Source: Octopus sinensis (Eukaryota). From it: DNA of 56,292 bases. The translations under genes and the position numbers were made by a program. The notes beneath the pieces were generated by a model that saw nothing but the letters and a program-made list of their open reading frames with translations, had not been told where the DNA came from and did not search any database. The DNA is taken from positions 1 through 56,292 of the forward strand of contig NW_021833679.1 of assembly GCF_006345805.1 (NCBI RefSeq). The letters run 5' to 3'. This document shows positions 36,064 through 49,796 of the stretch, piece after piece (positions within the stretch are counted from its first letter, which is position 1; each line of letters begins with the position of its first letter).

Positions 36064-36461
36064 TGTAGTGACGCTACTGTGGAAGTTTCAGCGCGCATGC
36101 GCAGAATTGGATTACTTCTGGTAGACTGCCGGAAGTTCCCTCGTGGGCATGCGCAGGAACTGCAACCTGAAAGCGTACCCGCTAAATCGGTCTTTTTGGA
36201 AGAGCAGCCCTAACGAGCAGACATGTCTAAAAACTTCTCTCAGGGAAAACCCTACGCATAGAGAAGCTCTCTTCGAAGCGAAAACGGAGACCGTATCTTC
36301 TTGGCTCACCCGAGTGAACATTTGTGTACAGTCCTATGGACTTGGCTGCCGGTTCGCCCTTAAGAAATATATGTGTATATATTTTACCTGTGAACCCGTA
36401 GAATAAAGTGTTATTTATTGTTATTGAAGACTGTCGGATTTTTAATTCCTTTTCTTCAACA
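36064..36461 (+). mobile_element. Candidate solo LTR (or promoter-like island)
   Basis: TG...CA bounded, GC/CpG-richer ~400-bp unique-looking block with GCGCATGCGC, CCGGAAGT and a downstream AATAAA; no TSD found. Confidence 0.35.
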
Positions 36462-37828
36462 ATTGTATGTGACAAGATAAGACCAGACACCCCTCAAATG
36501 TTCCTGAAACTCCCATCTTGTTACACTTTCAACTGGAATCTATATGATCCCTGCAGGTTCATATCAAATGTTTGGGGATTCACACATCCAAATAGTAAAT
36601 CGGCGATCTACAATAGTGTTTTAGGAGCCCTTGGAAAAACTTTGCCTGAGACGTATGTATTAGTATGTATTGCAAGAAACAGCGGGGTTTCTTTCTCTGG
36701 GGCTTGCGAGGTATAAATTTTTTGAAAGAAGTTTCTGTGGAATTTTGAAACAAGTTTCAGTAAAACTAGTTTTTAAACATCGAATAGCTATGGAGAGCCA
36801 TCTGAATAAAATGGTAATCAAAGTGGTTCATAGATAAAATATAGCTGAGAAAACCCTGCTTTAGACGTATTTATTTCTTTACTACCCACAAGAGGCTAAA
36901 CAAGGACAGACAAAGGGATTAAGTCGATTACATAGACCCCAGTGCGTAACTGGTACTTAATTTATCGACCCCGAAAGGATGAAAGGCAAGGTTGACCTCG
37001 GCGGAATTTGAACTCGGAACGTAGCGACAGACGAAATACAGCATTTTGATTGGGTTTTGGATAGAAAATTCACAAAAAAGTCACTTCTAATGAACAAAAA
37101 AGTCACTTCTCAGAACGTAGCGGCAGACGAAATACCTATTTCTTTACTACCCACAAGGGGCAAAACATAGAAGGGACAAACAGGGACAGACAAAGGGATT
37201 GAGCCGATTATATCGACCCCAGTGTGTAACTGGTACTTATTTAATCAACCCCGAAAGGATGAAAGGCAAAGTCGACCTAGACGGAATTTGAACTCAGAAC
37301 GTAGCGGCAGACGAAATACCGCTTCGCATTTCGCCCGGCGTGCTAACGGTTCTGCCAGCATGCGAGTGTATATTATAGAAACTCTTGTAATTGCGTGTTT
37401 AATACAAAACAGAAAACTCAAAAAGCTGACTTCCAAATCTATTGAAGTATGCCTTTGTCATCGTAACTTTATACACAACACCGACGTAAGCAACATTCAC
37501 ATCAGCTACGAGCTCCCGGTAACACTCGATAGTACAGTATGCTCAAATCTTCTCCAAATATTCACTACTACTATTTACTATTTTACTATTTTGCTTGTTT
37601 CAGTCATTTGACTGCGGCCATGCAGGAGCACCGCCTTTAGTCGAGCAAATCGACCAACCCGGGACTTATTCTTTTGTAAGCCCAGTACTTATTCTATCGG
37701 TCTCTTTTGCCGAACCGCTAAGTAACGGGGACGTAAACACACCAGCATCGGTTGTCAAGCAATGCTAGAGGGACAAACACAGACACACAAACATATACAC
37801 ACACATACACACACACACACACACACAC

Positions 37829-37925
<97 letters not shown>

Positions 37926-40138
37926 ACGACAGGTTTCTTTCAGTTTCCGTCTACCAAATCAACTCACAAGGTTTTGGTCGGCCCGAGGCTATAGCAGAAG
38001 ACACTAGCCCCCAAGGTGCCACGCAGTGGGACTGAACCCGGAACCATGTGGTTGGTTAGCAAGCTACTTACCACACAGCCACTCCTGCACTGTACAACAA
38101 ATCAATTACGTCTTGAGTTAGTTTGTTTCGTTTTTCGTGGAAAGTCCAGCATTCCTTTTGCTGTCTCTTTCAAGTGTTAAAGACTCCGCCGGTTACGACG
38201 ACGAGGGTCCCAGCTGATACGATCAACGGAACAGCTTGCTCGTGAAATTAACGTGCAAATGGCTGAGCATTCCACAGACACGTGTACCCTTAACGTAGTT
38301 CTCGGGGATAATCAGCGTGACACAGAGAGTGACAAGGCCGGCCCTTTGAAATACAAGTACAACTCATTTTTGCCAGCTGAGTGGACTGGAGCAACGTGAA
38401 ATAAAGTGTCTTGCTCAAGGACACAACGCGTCGCTGGGAATTGAACTCACAACCTTACGATCATGAGCCGAATACCCTAACCACTAAGCCACGCGCCCTC
38501 ACCTTTCAAGTGTATTGTTACAGTAACACTGGTCTGCTGGTCTTTATTGGAATGCTAGTTTTATCGGAATGTGTCATTGGTGATATTTCATATATTGGTG
38601 TGTCTTTCCACTCTTCCCGTGGATGACATTCTAGACAGTTTGTGCCCACAATATCATGTGTTATAGAAAAGCAGTGTGGAGGCCGCAATGGTCCAGTGGT
38701 TAGGGCAGCGGACTCGCGGTTGTAGGATCGCGGTTTCGATTCCCAGACCGGGCGTTGTGAGTGTTTATTGAGCGAAAACACCTAAAGCTCCACGAGGCTC
38801 CTGCAGTGGGGTGGGTGATCCCTGCTGTACTCTTTCGCCACAACTTTCTCTCAATCTTTCTTCTGTTGGCCTGCTCACTTAGCCAGCGGGGTGGCGTCAT
38901 TTGAAGGCTAAAGCAATGCGAAGCGCATTGTGACCAGCGATGTGTAGCAACATCTGATTGCCTGGTCGGTCACGGTGATCACGGTCATAGGAAAGCAGTA
39001 TTTTTTTGGGGTTTTTTTTCTTTGACAGCTGCACATAATGCGGTTGATATCCTTCATTACATTTCCTATCATAAAATAGAGATTTTACAGCGTTTTGACA
39101 AGTAACCAGGAACTATTTCCTATCCTGAGTAACGAAAGCGTAAGCTTCTAGGTGGAGTATTACGTATCTATTACAGGCGCACGAGAATCTACTATTCCTC
39201 TCAATGTTGTTAGTATACCCTGTCATACTGGACAGAACACGAGACGTTTACGCACAACCGTTTTGGCTCCACTAATTTCGTGCCGCTGATTTCTTCTTTG
39301 GCCTCAGACATTTTGTTCCCAGGCCCTTTTGACACTGTGGAAATTTCATTTTTATTCTAGTTGGCAACTAACTTGTAGTCCCAACTACTAAACTACTCGA
39401 CTACTAAATTTTGTTTAACTTCCAGCTTTACTTTATGTTTGTGATTGCTGGTGAAATATCCACGAAACATGGAAAAGAAAACAAAAAAAAAATCTTACTA
39501 TAGAGGCACAGGAGTGGCTGTGTGGTAAGTAGCTTGCTTACCAACCACATGGATCCGGGTTCAGTCCCACTGCGTGGCACCTTGGGCAAGTGTCTTCTAC
39601 TATAGCTTCGGGCCGACCAAAGCCTTGTGAGTGGATTTGGTAGACACATGCATATATGTATGTACATATATACGACGGGCTTCTTTCAGTTTCCGTCTAC
39701 CAAATCCACTCCCAAGTCTTTGGTCAGCCCGAGGCTAAAGTAGAAGACACTTATCCAAGGTATCACGCAGTGGGACTGAACCCGGGACCATCTGGTTCGT
39801 AAGCAAGCTACTTACCACACAGCCACTCCTACGCCTTTTGTTCACGCTTTAAAAGCTTCTAGTTTGTCTGATAAGAGTTTTACTCAGTCTCCTTATTTCC
39901 ATACCATCTAGCAGTATGGACCACTGGTAACATTTTACGAAGTCTTTTTCTAGCTTCCGTATATGTAATCCTCAATGTTAAAGCTTTTAATACTTTTTTC
40001 AAATGCATTCTTTGCAACTTTCCTTTTTCGTCTAATTACAGCTTCATATTTACCATTCTCAGAATGCATAAAGCCCGGATAAAGCTTGTTTGAGATTTGT
40101 TCTATGATGTTGCACTTATAGCTGTATAGGCAAGGTGT

Positions 40139-40470
40139 GGAGGCGCAATAGCCCAGTGGTTAGGGCAGCGGACTCGCGGTCATAGGATCGCGGTTTCGAT
40201 TCCCAGACCGGGCGTTGTGAGTGTTTATTGAGCGAAAACACCTATAGCTCCACGAGGCTCCGGCAGGGGGTGGTGGTGATCCCTGTTGTACTCTTTCACC
40301 ACAACTTTCTCTCACTCTTACTTCCTGTTTCTGTTGTACCTGTATTTCAAAGGGCCGGCCTTGTCACTCTCTGTATCACGCTGAATATCCCCGAGAACTA
40401 CTTTAAGGGTACACGTGTCTGTGGAGTGCTCAGCCACTTACACGTTAATTTCACGAGCAGGCTGTTCCGT
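40139..40470 (+). mobile_element. tRNA-derived SINE family B (also 22395-22680, 38678-38990, 48621-48975 plus; ~53060-53265, ~54440-54650 minus)
   Basis: Head ggaggcgcaat(a/g)gcccagtggttagggcagcgg...ggtttcgattccc; many near-identical copies. Confidence 0.85.
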
Positions 40471-41265
40471 TGATTCGGAGTGCTTCCATATAGGCAAGGT
40501 GCTAAAAAAAAGGCGGTAAGGACCCCATTCGGTGATGAATGGCCATGGGATGCACCTAGAAAGTTCCCCTCCGAGGCACAAGTCTGGGTAAGGTTACCTA
40601 AGGAAATCAGCAGTCGCCAGTGAATTCCAGCCCCCTCCACATTTCACACGACTGATGTTATCCAAGGGAAAGACAAAAGCCGATACAGCTTGGTAACAAT
40701 GATGTTGCAATTCATTTCTACAGCTGAGTGAACTGGAGCAACATGAAATAAAATATCTTGCTCAAGAGCACAATATACAGCCTGGTCCGAGAATCAAACT
40801 CATTGCCTCATGATTGTATGCCCGACGTTCTAACCACTGAGCCATTCGCTTTACATATTCACCATATGATAGTTTGGCTCAGTCGTTGATGTTATCAAAC
40901 CAGTTGCTTCTAGGTCTTCCTCTCAAGTGTTTGCCATTTGTCTTTCCTCGTAGTAATGGTCGTTGTGTACCTTGAGCACTTACTAATAAACCAAAGTACT
41001 TTTGCTTTCATGCGCCTAGTAATCCAAATATCCATGAGTGAAGGGAAGGTTCTATATTTATTTTTTGTCGTTTAGTCAGAAGAGAAGACTGTTCTCATGA
41101 CCTTCTACGGGGCCCCGGAGACAGGCAGAAGAAAAGTATTCTTAAACTGGAGACCAACAACTTGAATGCTTGCAACTTTGAGTACCATTAGGCTCAGCTA
41201 ACGATTATTCGAGTTGCTTTGTGGTAGTGTTTAACGGGGAAAGCGGTGAGCTGGCAGAAACGTTA

Positions 41266-41475
41266 GCGCGCCGGGCGAAATGCTTAGCGGTATTTCGTCT
41301 GACATTACGTTCTGAGTTCAAATTCCGCCGAGGTCAACTTTGCCTTTCATCCTTTCGGGGTCGATAAATTAAGTGCCAGTTACGCACTGGAGTCGATATA
41401 ATCGACTTAATCCATTTGTCTGTCCTTGTTTGTCCCCTCTGTGTTTAGCCCCTTGTGGGTAGTAAAGAAATAGGT
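41266..41475 (+). mobile_element. tRNA-derived SINE family C (very abundant; tandem arrays at 4930-5530, 36870-37350, 41990-42590, 55070-55385 on minus)
   Basis: gcggtgagctggcagaaacgttagc...gagttcaaattccgccgaggtc...ggggtcgataaattaagtaccag...gggtagtaaagaaatagg. Confidence 0.85.
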
Positions 41476-43423
41476 ACTGTTTAACGGGGCGATCAATTTG
41501 ATAGATTGTTTTAGATATTATATTTTTTTTGAGTCTTGTGGTTTATACGGCCGGTCACTCGGTTTTCATGGTATATAACTGACCAAGATCACAGCTTTCT
41601 CTTAAACGGAGCGCCGGTCCGTTTCAAGATTCAAGCCCCCAATTTTCAGTTGGAGGAGGACAAATCGATTCTATGGAAACCTACCCACCGCCCAGTACTT
41701 GGCTAGTAATTTATTTTATCGACCCCGAAAAGATGAAAGATAAAGTTGATCTCGGCGGAATTTGAACTCAGGACATAAAGAATCGGAAGAAATGCTGCAA
41801 AGCATTTTGTCCGACGCACCAACGGGTCTGTCAGCAAGCAGACATTACGGTGGATTACGTTTATCATAAACGACGGCTGCAGAGCCGAAACAAGTATCAC
41901 CAAGTATTTAGTCCGGCATGCTTATAGTTCCGCCAATCCATGACCCTTGGAGTGGCAGAACTATTAGGGGGTCGGGTGTTTGGTACATACCTATTTCTTT
42001 ACTACCCTCAAGGGGCTAAACACAGAGGGGACAAACAAGGACAGAGAAAGGGATTAAGTCGATTACATCGACCCCTGTGCGTAACTGGTACTTATTTAAT
42101 CGACCCCGGAAGGATGAAAGGCAAAGTCGACCTCGGCGGAATTTAAACTCAGAACGTAGCGGCAGACGAAATAACTATTTCTTTACTGCCAACAAGGGGC
42201 TACACACAGAGGGGACAAACAAAGGGATTAAGTCGATTATATCAACACCAGTGCGAAACTAGTACTTTATTTATCGACCACGAAAGGATGAAAGGCGAAG
42301 TCGACCTCGGCGGAATTTGAACTCAGAACGTAACGGCAGACGAAATACCTATTTCTTTACTACCCACAAGGGGCTAAACATAGAAGGGACAAACAAGGAC
42401 AGAGAAAGGGATTAAGTCGATTACATCGACTCCAGTGCGTAACTGGTACTTATTTAATCGACCTCGAAAGGATGAATGGCAAAGTCGACCTCGGCAGAAT
42501 TTGAACTCAGAACGTAATGGCAGACGAAATACGGCTACACATTTCGCCTGGCGTGCTAACGTTTCTGCCAAGCTCGCCGTTTGGTACCTACCATTCATTC
42601 CAGAACACGACTGGCTCTTATCAATCCCGAAAAGATGAAAGGTAAACTTATCCTCGGCAGAATTTGAACCCAAAACGCAAAACGTCTGAACAAATCGTTG
42701 GAGACATTTTAACCGACGCTATAACAATCTCGCCAATTCCCCAGACGTAAATAACAATCGGATTTCTCTTCTTCCCATAATATTTCTCTTTATTGCCCAC
42801 AAGGGGCTAAACATAGAGGGGACAAACAAAGACAGGCATAGGTATTAAGTCGATTATATCGACCCCACTGCGTAACTGGTACTTAATTTATCGACCCCGA
42901 AAGGATGAAAGGCAAAGTCGACCTCGGCGGAATTTGAACTCGGAACGTATCGACAGACGAAATACGAATACGCATTTCGCCCGGCGTGCTAACGTTTCTG
43001 CCAGCTCGCCGTCAATGCGCCCTTTTAAAGCCTAGCCAGGCTCATGGGCCCGGTTTCCTGGTTTCAATGGCGTATGTGCTCTCCAGATGGACGGGACGCT
43101 AGTCCATCGCAGCGTTACTCATTTTTGCCAGCTGAGTGGACTGGAGCAACGTGAAATGAAGTGTCTTGCTCAAGAACGCAACGAGTCGCCTGGTCCAGGA
43201 ATCGAAATTCTACCCATAGTATTACGAACTCGAAGAACACTGGTGATGTCATCTTCCGTTGCAGACATTGTTATGGAAATAAAGACAGCTGAAGGACACT
43301 CCTTTAAAAGATACCGGTTTGAAAATTGCGCAGTTCACATTCTCTCATCATCAATATTTATTAGGCTTCCTTCGATAATTAAGTAGATCGACAAAAATAT
43401 AAGGAAATGTATGGGTGTAAGTG

Positions 43424-43489
<66 letters not shown>

Positions 43490-43490
43490 A

Positions 43491-43545
<55 letters not shown>

Positions 43546-43566
43546 AATCTATCTATCTATCTATCA

Positions 43567-43597
<31 letters not shown>

Positions 43598-43598
43598 A

Positions 43599-43661
<63 letters not shown>

Positions 43662-43679
43662 CCTCTATCTACCTGTCTG

Positions 43680-43730
<51 letters not shown>

Positions 43731-43731
43731 G

Positions 43732-43780
<49 letters not shown>

Positions 43781-43930
43781 CTTTTTCTCTTATACATATA
43801 TATATGCATACGTATACATACGTACATAGATAGATTCATAGATACATACATACACACACACATACATACATACATACATACATACATACATACATACATA
43901 CATACATACATACATACATACATACATACA

Positions 43931-43962
<32 letters not shown>

Positions 43963-44181
43963 CGGTGAGTTAGACATGAACCACACACATACTTTCCTGA
44001 ATGTCAAAGGTAAGCATTCATTACATACAAGTTTAAAATTATCCTGTACAGTGTGTGTGCATGTGTGTATGCATGTGTGTGTAAGTGTGTGTATGTGTGC
44101 GTGTGTGTTTGTGCATGTGTGTGTGTGTATGAGAGACAGACAGACAGATACATACACATTTATACACACACACACGTAGTA

Positions 44182-44224
<43 letters not shown>

Positions 44225-44311
44225 TGTAGGTAGATAGATAGATAGGAGATAGATATAATAGATAGATAGAGAGATAGAGAGATAGAGCAATAGATGATAG
44301 ATAGATGATAG

Positions 44312-44375
<64 letters not shown>

Positions 44376-44452
44376 AGATAAAATAGGTAATGATAGATAG
44401 ATAGGATAGATAAAATGCATAATATAGATTAGATGATAGATAGAGAGTAGAG

Positions 44453-44503
<51 letters not shown>
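43424..44503. repeat. Compound microsatellite block: (TCTA)n, (ACAT)n, (GT)-rich, (TAGA)n
   Basis: Direct reading. Confidence 0.95.
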
Positions 44504-44504
<1 letters not shown>

Positions 44505-44867
44505 TTTCTGGAATGTGTCTCCAGAGAATTCGTTGTCGTTAAAGTGCTTCATACTACGTCCGCTGACATTGACGAGTAATATGACAAACATCTGAAAGAA
44601 ATCGTGACGTCTATCATTTCAAATTATTCGGACAGGAGGGTGGAGTTGTGACTAAGATAGGTCAGTGCGCTGGATTGGGCTTAAGTTGTTTATGATTTTT
44701 ATTAATTCTGACAATGCTACTGTTATCAGATACGTGTCCGGCTACTAAGAATAAGTTACTCAAAGATAAGTCTGAATAAAAAGATTTAATCCATAATCGT
44801 TAGTCTACAAAATATAATCTGTTTCTGCTGACCCATCTGGGTGAAACAAATATTTTGTGGAACAACG

Positions 44868-44915
<48 letters not shown>

Positions 44916-45531
44916 ACTGGCTATAGTCGTAAGAAACCGCTGTTTGTTTTGTTCCTGTTATTTACCATTATTGTTTCTGTATTTATATTCGTGTGGCATC
45001 GTCCGTTTTTCTGTCCTTGTTTCGTATACATTCGATCCTTCTTCCAAGAAATCTAATGCTCGAGCTTAGTTTTTCCTTGGGGCCTGGCCGGATCGGAGCG
45101 ATCTCAAGATTAATCAGCCGAAATGCTAGGATGATCCGGTTCTTGACTGAAGATTGAAGGCTTCGAATGTCCCGTCCGTGGTTTTTTGTAATCGTCTTCT
45201 AAATGTTTTACGTTCTTGTCCAAGTTTGTAATTTTTCTACATATATATATATATATATATATATATCTATAGATATATATATATATAGTATATATATATA
45301 TATGTATGTTTTTTTTTAATGTTTTAAATGCTTCAGTCATTAGACTGAGGCCCATGCTAGGAATCGCCCCGAGGAACTTTAGCTGAATGAATTGACCCCG
45401 AGTATTAAACGAGGACGTAAACACGACAGCACCGGTTGTCAAGTGGTAGTGAGGACAAACACAGACTGAACACACACACACACTCGCACACAACTATATA
45501 CATACATACATACATACATATATATATATAT

Positions 45532-45586
<55 letters not shown>

Positions 45587-45610
45587 TATACATATATATA
45601 TATTATATAC

Positions 45611-45641
<31 letters not shown>

Positions 45642-45689
45642 ATATATATAATAATATATATATATATACTTATATATATATATATATAC

Positions 45690-45746
<57 letters not shown>

Positions 45747-46042
45747 CCATACATATATATATATACATATATACGACAGGCTTCTTTCAGTTTCCGTCTA
45801 CCAAATCCACTCACAAGGCTTTGGTCGGCCCGAGGTTATAGTAGAAGACACTTGCCCAAGGTGCCACGCAGTGGGACTGAACCCGGAACCATGTGGTTGG
45901 TAAGCAAGCTACTTACTCACTGATACTCTATGCCTCTCTCTCTCGCTATTTCTCTGTATATAGTATATATATATATATATATATAATATATATATATATC
46001 ATATATATATATATATTATATATATATATATTACTCTTATAT

Positions 46043-46992
46043 AAGAAAGCAATTTCGTTATAACTACCACAAAAGGTGTATTTTCCGTCACGAAAAAGTA
46101 CAAAAGTCTGTCAGCTGGAGGACGGAGAGACTGATGGAGGTTGGCGAGAAAGATTGTCGGAGGTTGGTGAGAGAGGATGTCGGGAGTTGGCGAGAGGCAA
46201 AGACATTATTCTGCTTAGCGAAGGCATCTGGGAAATGTATAATTGCTGTCATTCACAGAAAAACTTTTGTTTTACCGTGAGAAAAGCGCTGTTGAAGTGT
46301 TAATTGAAATTTGGCAATCAAGGATCGAATCCATGCTATTCCTGCATGAAGCCACTTCAAATACGTTGTGGAATAGAAAATTTATCTACTGTCATGGAAA
46401 AAGTGTAACTGTAAAAATGTAGAATTATCGGAGTAATGGACATTCAAAAAATATGTATGTATAGAAATGTATGAATGATGTCTTTAAGGTTTAAGGTTCA
46501 AATTAAGGAAGTGCAATAATAATGATTAGCAATTCAAAACTGTGAGAAGTGAAATGCAGAATTACTTCGGCTGATCGTGAGAATAAAATATTGATCGCTT
46601 CGCTAAAATCTACAGGTGGTATGGGTTATTTCCCTTGGGTTGTTTAAATAAAATATTAGTAATATGTAGTACGTAGAAGGATCCATTGGAAGGGCCCTAA
46701 TATCGATTTTTTTTTCAACAATCTAAGTATGTCTCCAGGTTTCCAGGTGTCTGCAAAAATTAGAAATAGGACACACAAAAAATCAATATTCAAAGTCGGC
46801 TTACTTCGAGACGCGTGCTTATAGTGATGAATTATATGGTTATTGACGATTTATCTATTTTCGGCATATTTGGCATTAGAATTTTTTTCTTTTGCCCTTG
46901 TTTATAAGTTGTTTATAAATTTAAGCTCTAAAGGTATTTATTAATATGCTGCCCATTGATAGAATTTTTTTCGAAAGATTTTATCCTATATT

Positions 46993-47032
<40 letters not shown>

Positions 47033-47271
47033 TATTTGTATATGTATACATATTTGTATGTCTATCTGTGTTTGTACCATCACCATCGGTTGACAGCCGC
47101 TGCTGGTGTGTTTACATCACCGTAACTTAGCAGCTCGGGCTAAAAGACCGATAGAATAAGAACTAGCTAGCATACAAAGAATAAGTCCTGGGGTCGGTTT
47201 GTTCTCCAAACGGTAGTGCTCCAGCATGGCCGCAGTAAATGACTGAAATAAGTAAACGAACAAAAGAATAT

Positions 47272-47305
<34 letters not shown>

Positions 47306-47385
47306 AGTATAATATTATAATAATATATATAATATATTAAAATGATCAACAACGAAATATTTCTTGATAACAGTTTTCGATACAT

Positions 47386-47418
<33 letters not shown>

Positions 47419-47720
47419 GTTCAACTTCCGTTTTTCACGGGTTTCACTGTTTGATGGAGGTTGGCGAGAAAAATTGTCGGAGGTTTTTCTGTGAATGACA
47501 GCAATTATACATATCCCAGATGCCTTCGCTAAGCAGAATAATGTCTTTGCCTCTCGCCAACACCCGACATCCTCTCTCACCAGCCTCCGACAATTTTTCT
47601 CGCCAACCCCCGAAAATTTTTCTCGCCAACCTCCATCAATCTCTCCGTCCTTCAGCAGACAGACTTTTGTACTTTTTCGAGATACACCTTTTGTGGTAGT
47701 TATAACAAAATTGCTTTCTT
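46043..47720. mobile_element. Long-TIR (fold-back-like) element, ~220-270 bp arms with subterminal repeats
   Basis: 46043-46265 is the reverse complement of ~47484-47720; internal GGAGGTTGGCGAGAAA repeats; no TSD seen. Confidence 0.55.
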
Positions 47721-47985
47721 TGACAGCCGGGGGACCTGCCCCGACTCCAAATCGTTTTCTTTTGGCTTGGTTTCTACAGCTGGATGCTCTTCCTAACGCC
47801 AACCACTATACAGAGGAGTGTGCTGGGTGCTTTTGCAGCGAAAGGTTGACAGGAGTAAAATCTACGTACGCAAACGGGAATCTACTTTACAAGCAGCAAA
47901 ATTAATTTTGAATTCAAAATCGTTGAACAACGTTGTAATTTAAGTATTCGTTTTATTAGAACATATCGCAGATAGGGACAAAAAT

Positions 47986-47986
47986 C

Positions 47987-48034
<48 letters not shown>

Positions 48035-48063
48035 GAGTAGTAGGAGTAGTAGTAGTAGTAGTA
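47986..48063. repeat. (TAG)n trinucleotide repeat
   Basis: Direct reading. Confidence 0.95.
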
Positions 48064-49320
48064 GAAGAATAAAATGGCCATTGGGGCAAGGCCTGTAACT
48101 ACTGGTTGTTAATAACGGTGTGTTCGATTCGGTGCTAATCACCAACCCAAGGTTCGATTAGATATACATACTTACATAGTTGTACACGTACATCCATCCG
48201 TACATGCATAATTATATGCATAAACATGTATATTTATACACACACAGACACACGGACACACACACACACACACCTATACACATTTACATACTACTGTATA
48301 TTCTCAGACGACCACCCACAACAAACACCATGTTTACATACATAAAGACACACATACTCACACACATATATATATACGCATATATATAATGCAATCACAC
48401 TCACGCGCACACACACACAATCACATACATACACACATACAAACACACACACACACACACTGCTGCGCATATGACGTCCGTTGTTTTGCACACCAATGTA
48501 CATCAACATTAACTATAATGAATTGTGTTTTGTTCTCTGAGTGGGAATCGAAGCCGTCTCGGAGTTCCCTTTCTGTGAGAGGAGGTCATGTCATCATGTA
48601 CTATATACTACACAGTTTAGTGGAGGCGCAATGGCCCAGTGGTTAGGGCAGCGGACTCGCGGTCATAGGCTCGCGGTTTCGATTCCCAGACCGGGCCCTG
48701 TGAGTGTTTATTGAGCGAAAAACACCTAAAGTTCTACGAGGCTCCGGCAGGGGATGGTGGTGATCCCTGCTGTACTCTTTCACCACAACTTTCTCTCACT
48801 CTTACTTCCTGTTTCTGTTGTACCTGTATTTCAAAGGGCCGGCCTTGTCACTCTCTGTGTCACGCTGAATATCCCCGAGAACTGCGTTAAGGGTACACGT
48901 GTCTGTGGAGTGCTCAGCCACTTACACATTAATTTCACGAGCAGGCTGTTCCGTTGATTCGGATCAACCGGAACCCTTCCACTACACAGCTTGATAACCC
49001 GGCGTGATAAACGGGGTTTTTTAAAAATCTAATGAGGCCACACAAACACACAAGTGCCAACGAGCTCGCGTCTATTTACGTTCACCGTTACAATAACATA
49101 GCGTCGTATATTTACGTTAACTGCGGTAGGCAAGCAAAAGTGTGATCGCATATTTGCGTCAACCGTTGTCAAGGGATTAAGTATCCCACTCGTAAGAGAT
49201 CGATAGATGTGTCGAAACAATCGTCGTGATTAATAAAAATTCTCGTATCTTCCATCTATTATTTACCATACATATATATATATTACACATTCTTTATTTT
49301 CCCTCCTTGTTTCTTTCTGT

Positions 49321-49362
49321 GTTCGTTTCTGTGGAAGAGCATAGGCTCGAAATGTTAAAGAC
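49321..49362 (+). ncRNA. Degenerate hammerhead-like motif (core CUGUGGA)
   Basis: gttt-ctgtgga-a-gagc-atag-gctc-gaaatgtt-aaagac; stem III and cleavage site altered. Confidence 0.35.
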
Positions 49363-49478
49363 TTTTTTTTACTTCCCGAGCGTTAAACTAATACATCTGT
49401 TTGTTGCCTACACCACCAGTCTTCGTCTTTTTTTTGTGTGAATTCTCCCCATATATATATGTATATATATATATATAG

Positions 49479-49532
<54 letters not shown>

Positions 49533-49580
49533 TATACATATACTTATATTTATATATATATTGTATATGTTTATATGTAT

Positions 49581-49626
<46 letters not shown>

Positions 49627-49754
49627 ATATAATATATATAATATATATATATATACACATATATATATAAAGGGAACGTTTACGAAAATAACAAAAGACG
49701 AAGGCAGGTGGAGTACAAACAAATGTATTAGTATTGCGCTCAGGAATAGAAAAA

Positions 49755-49796
49755 GTCTTTTACGTTTCGAGCCTACGCTCTTCAACAGAAAGATAC
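49755..49796 (-). ncRNA. Hammerhead-like motif (core CUGUUGA)
   Basis: Reverse complement reads gtatcttt-ctgttga-a-gagc-gtag-gctc-gaaacgta-aaagac; 5-bp stem I. Confidence 0.55.

Noticed and set aside
36143-36716. ORFs of 87-102 aa near the promoter-like island
   Set aside because: No recognisable domain or consistent splice signals.
41990-42590. Regularly spaced direct repeats resembling a CRISPR array
   Set aside because: The ~185-bp units are whole SINE segments with no unique spacers; eukaryotic context with no cas genes.
45140-45180. ctgaaga...cttcgaatgtc motif in the repeat at 44931-45240
   Set aside because: The stem II loop is too small, GAAA is not intact and no stem I complement was found.
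47167-47905. ORFs of 211 aa (-) and 136 aa (+), and 46076-46303
   Set aside because: They run through the TIR repeats, (CAT)n and (TA)n tracts; no transposase or other domain motifs.
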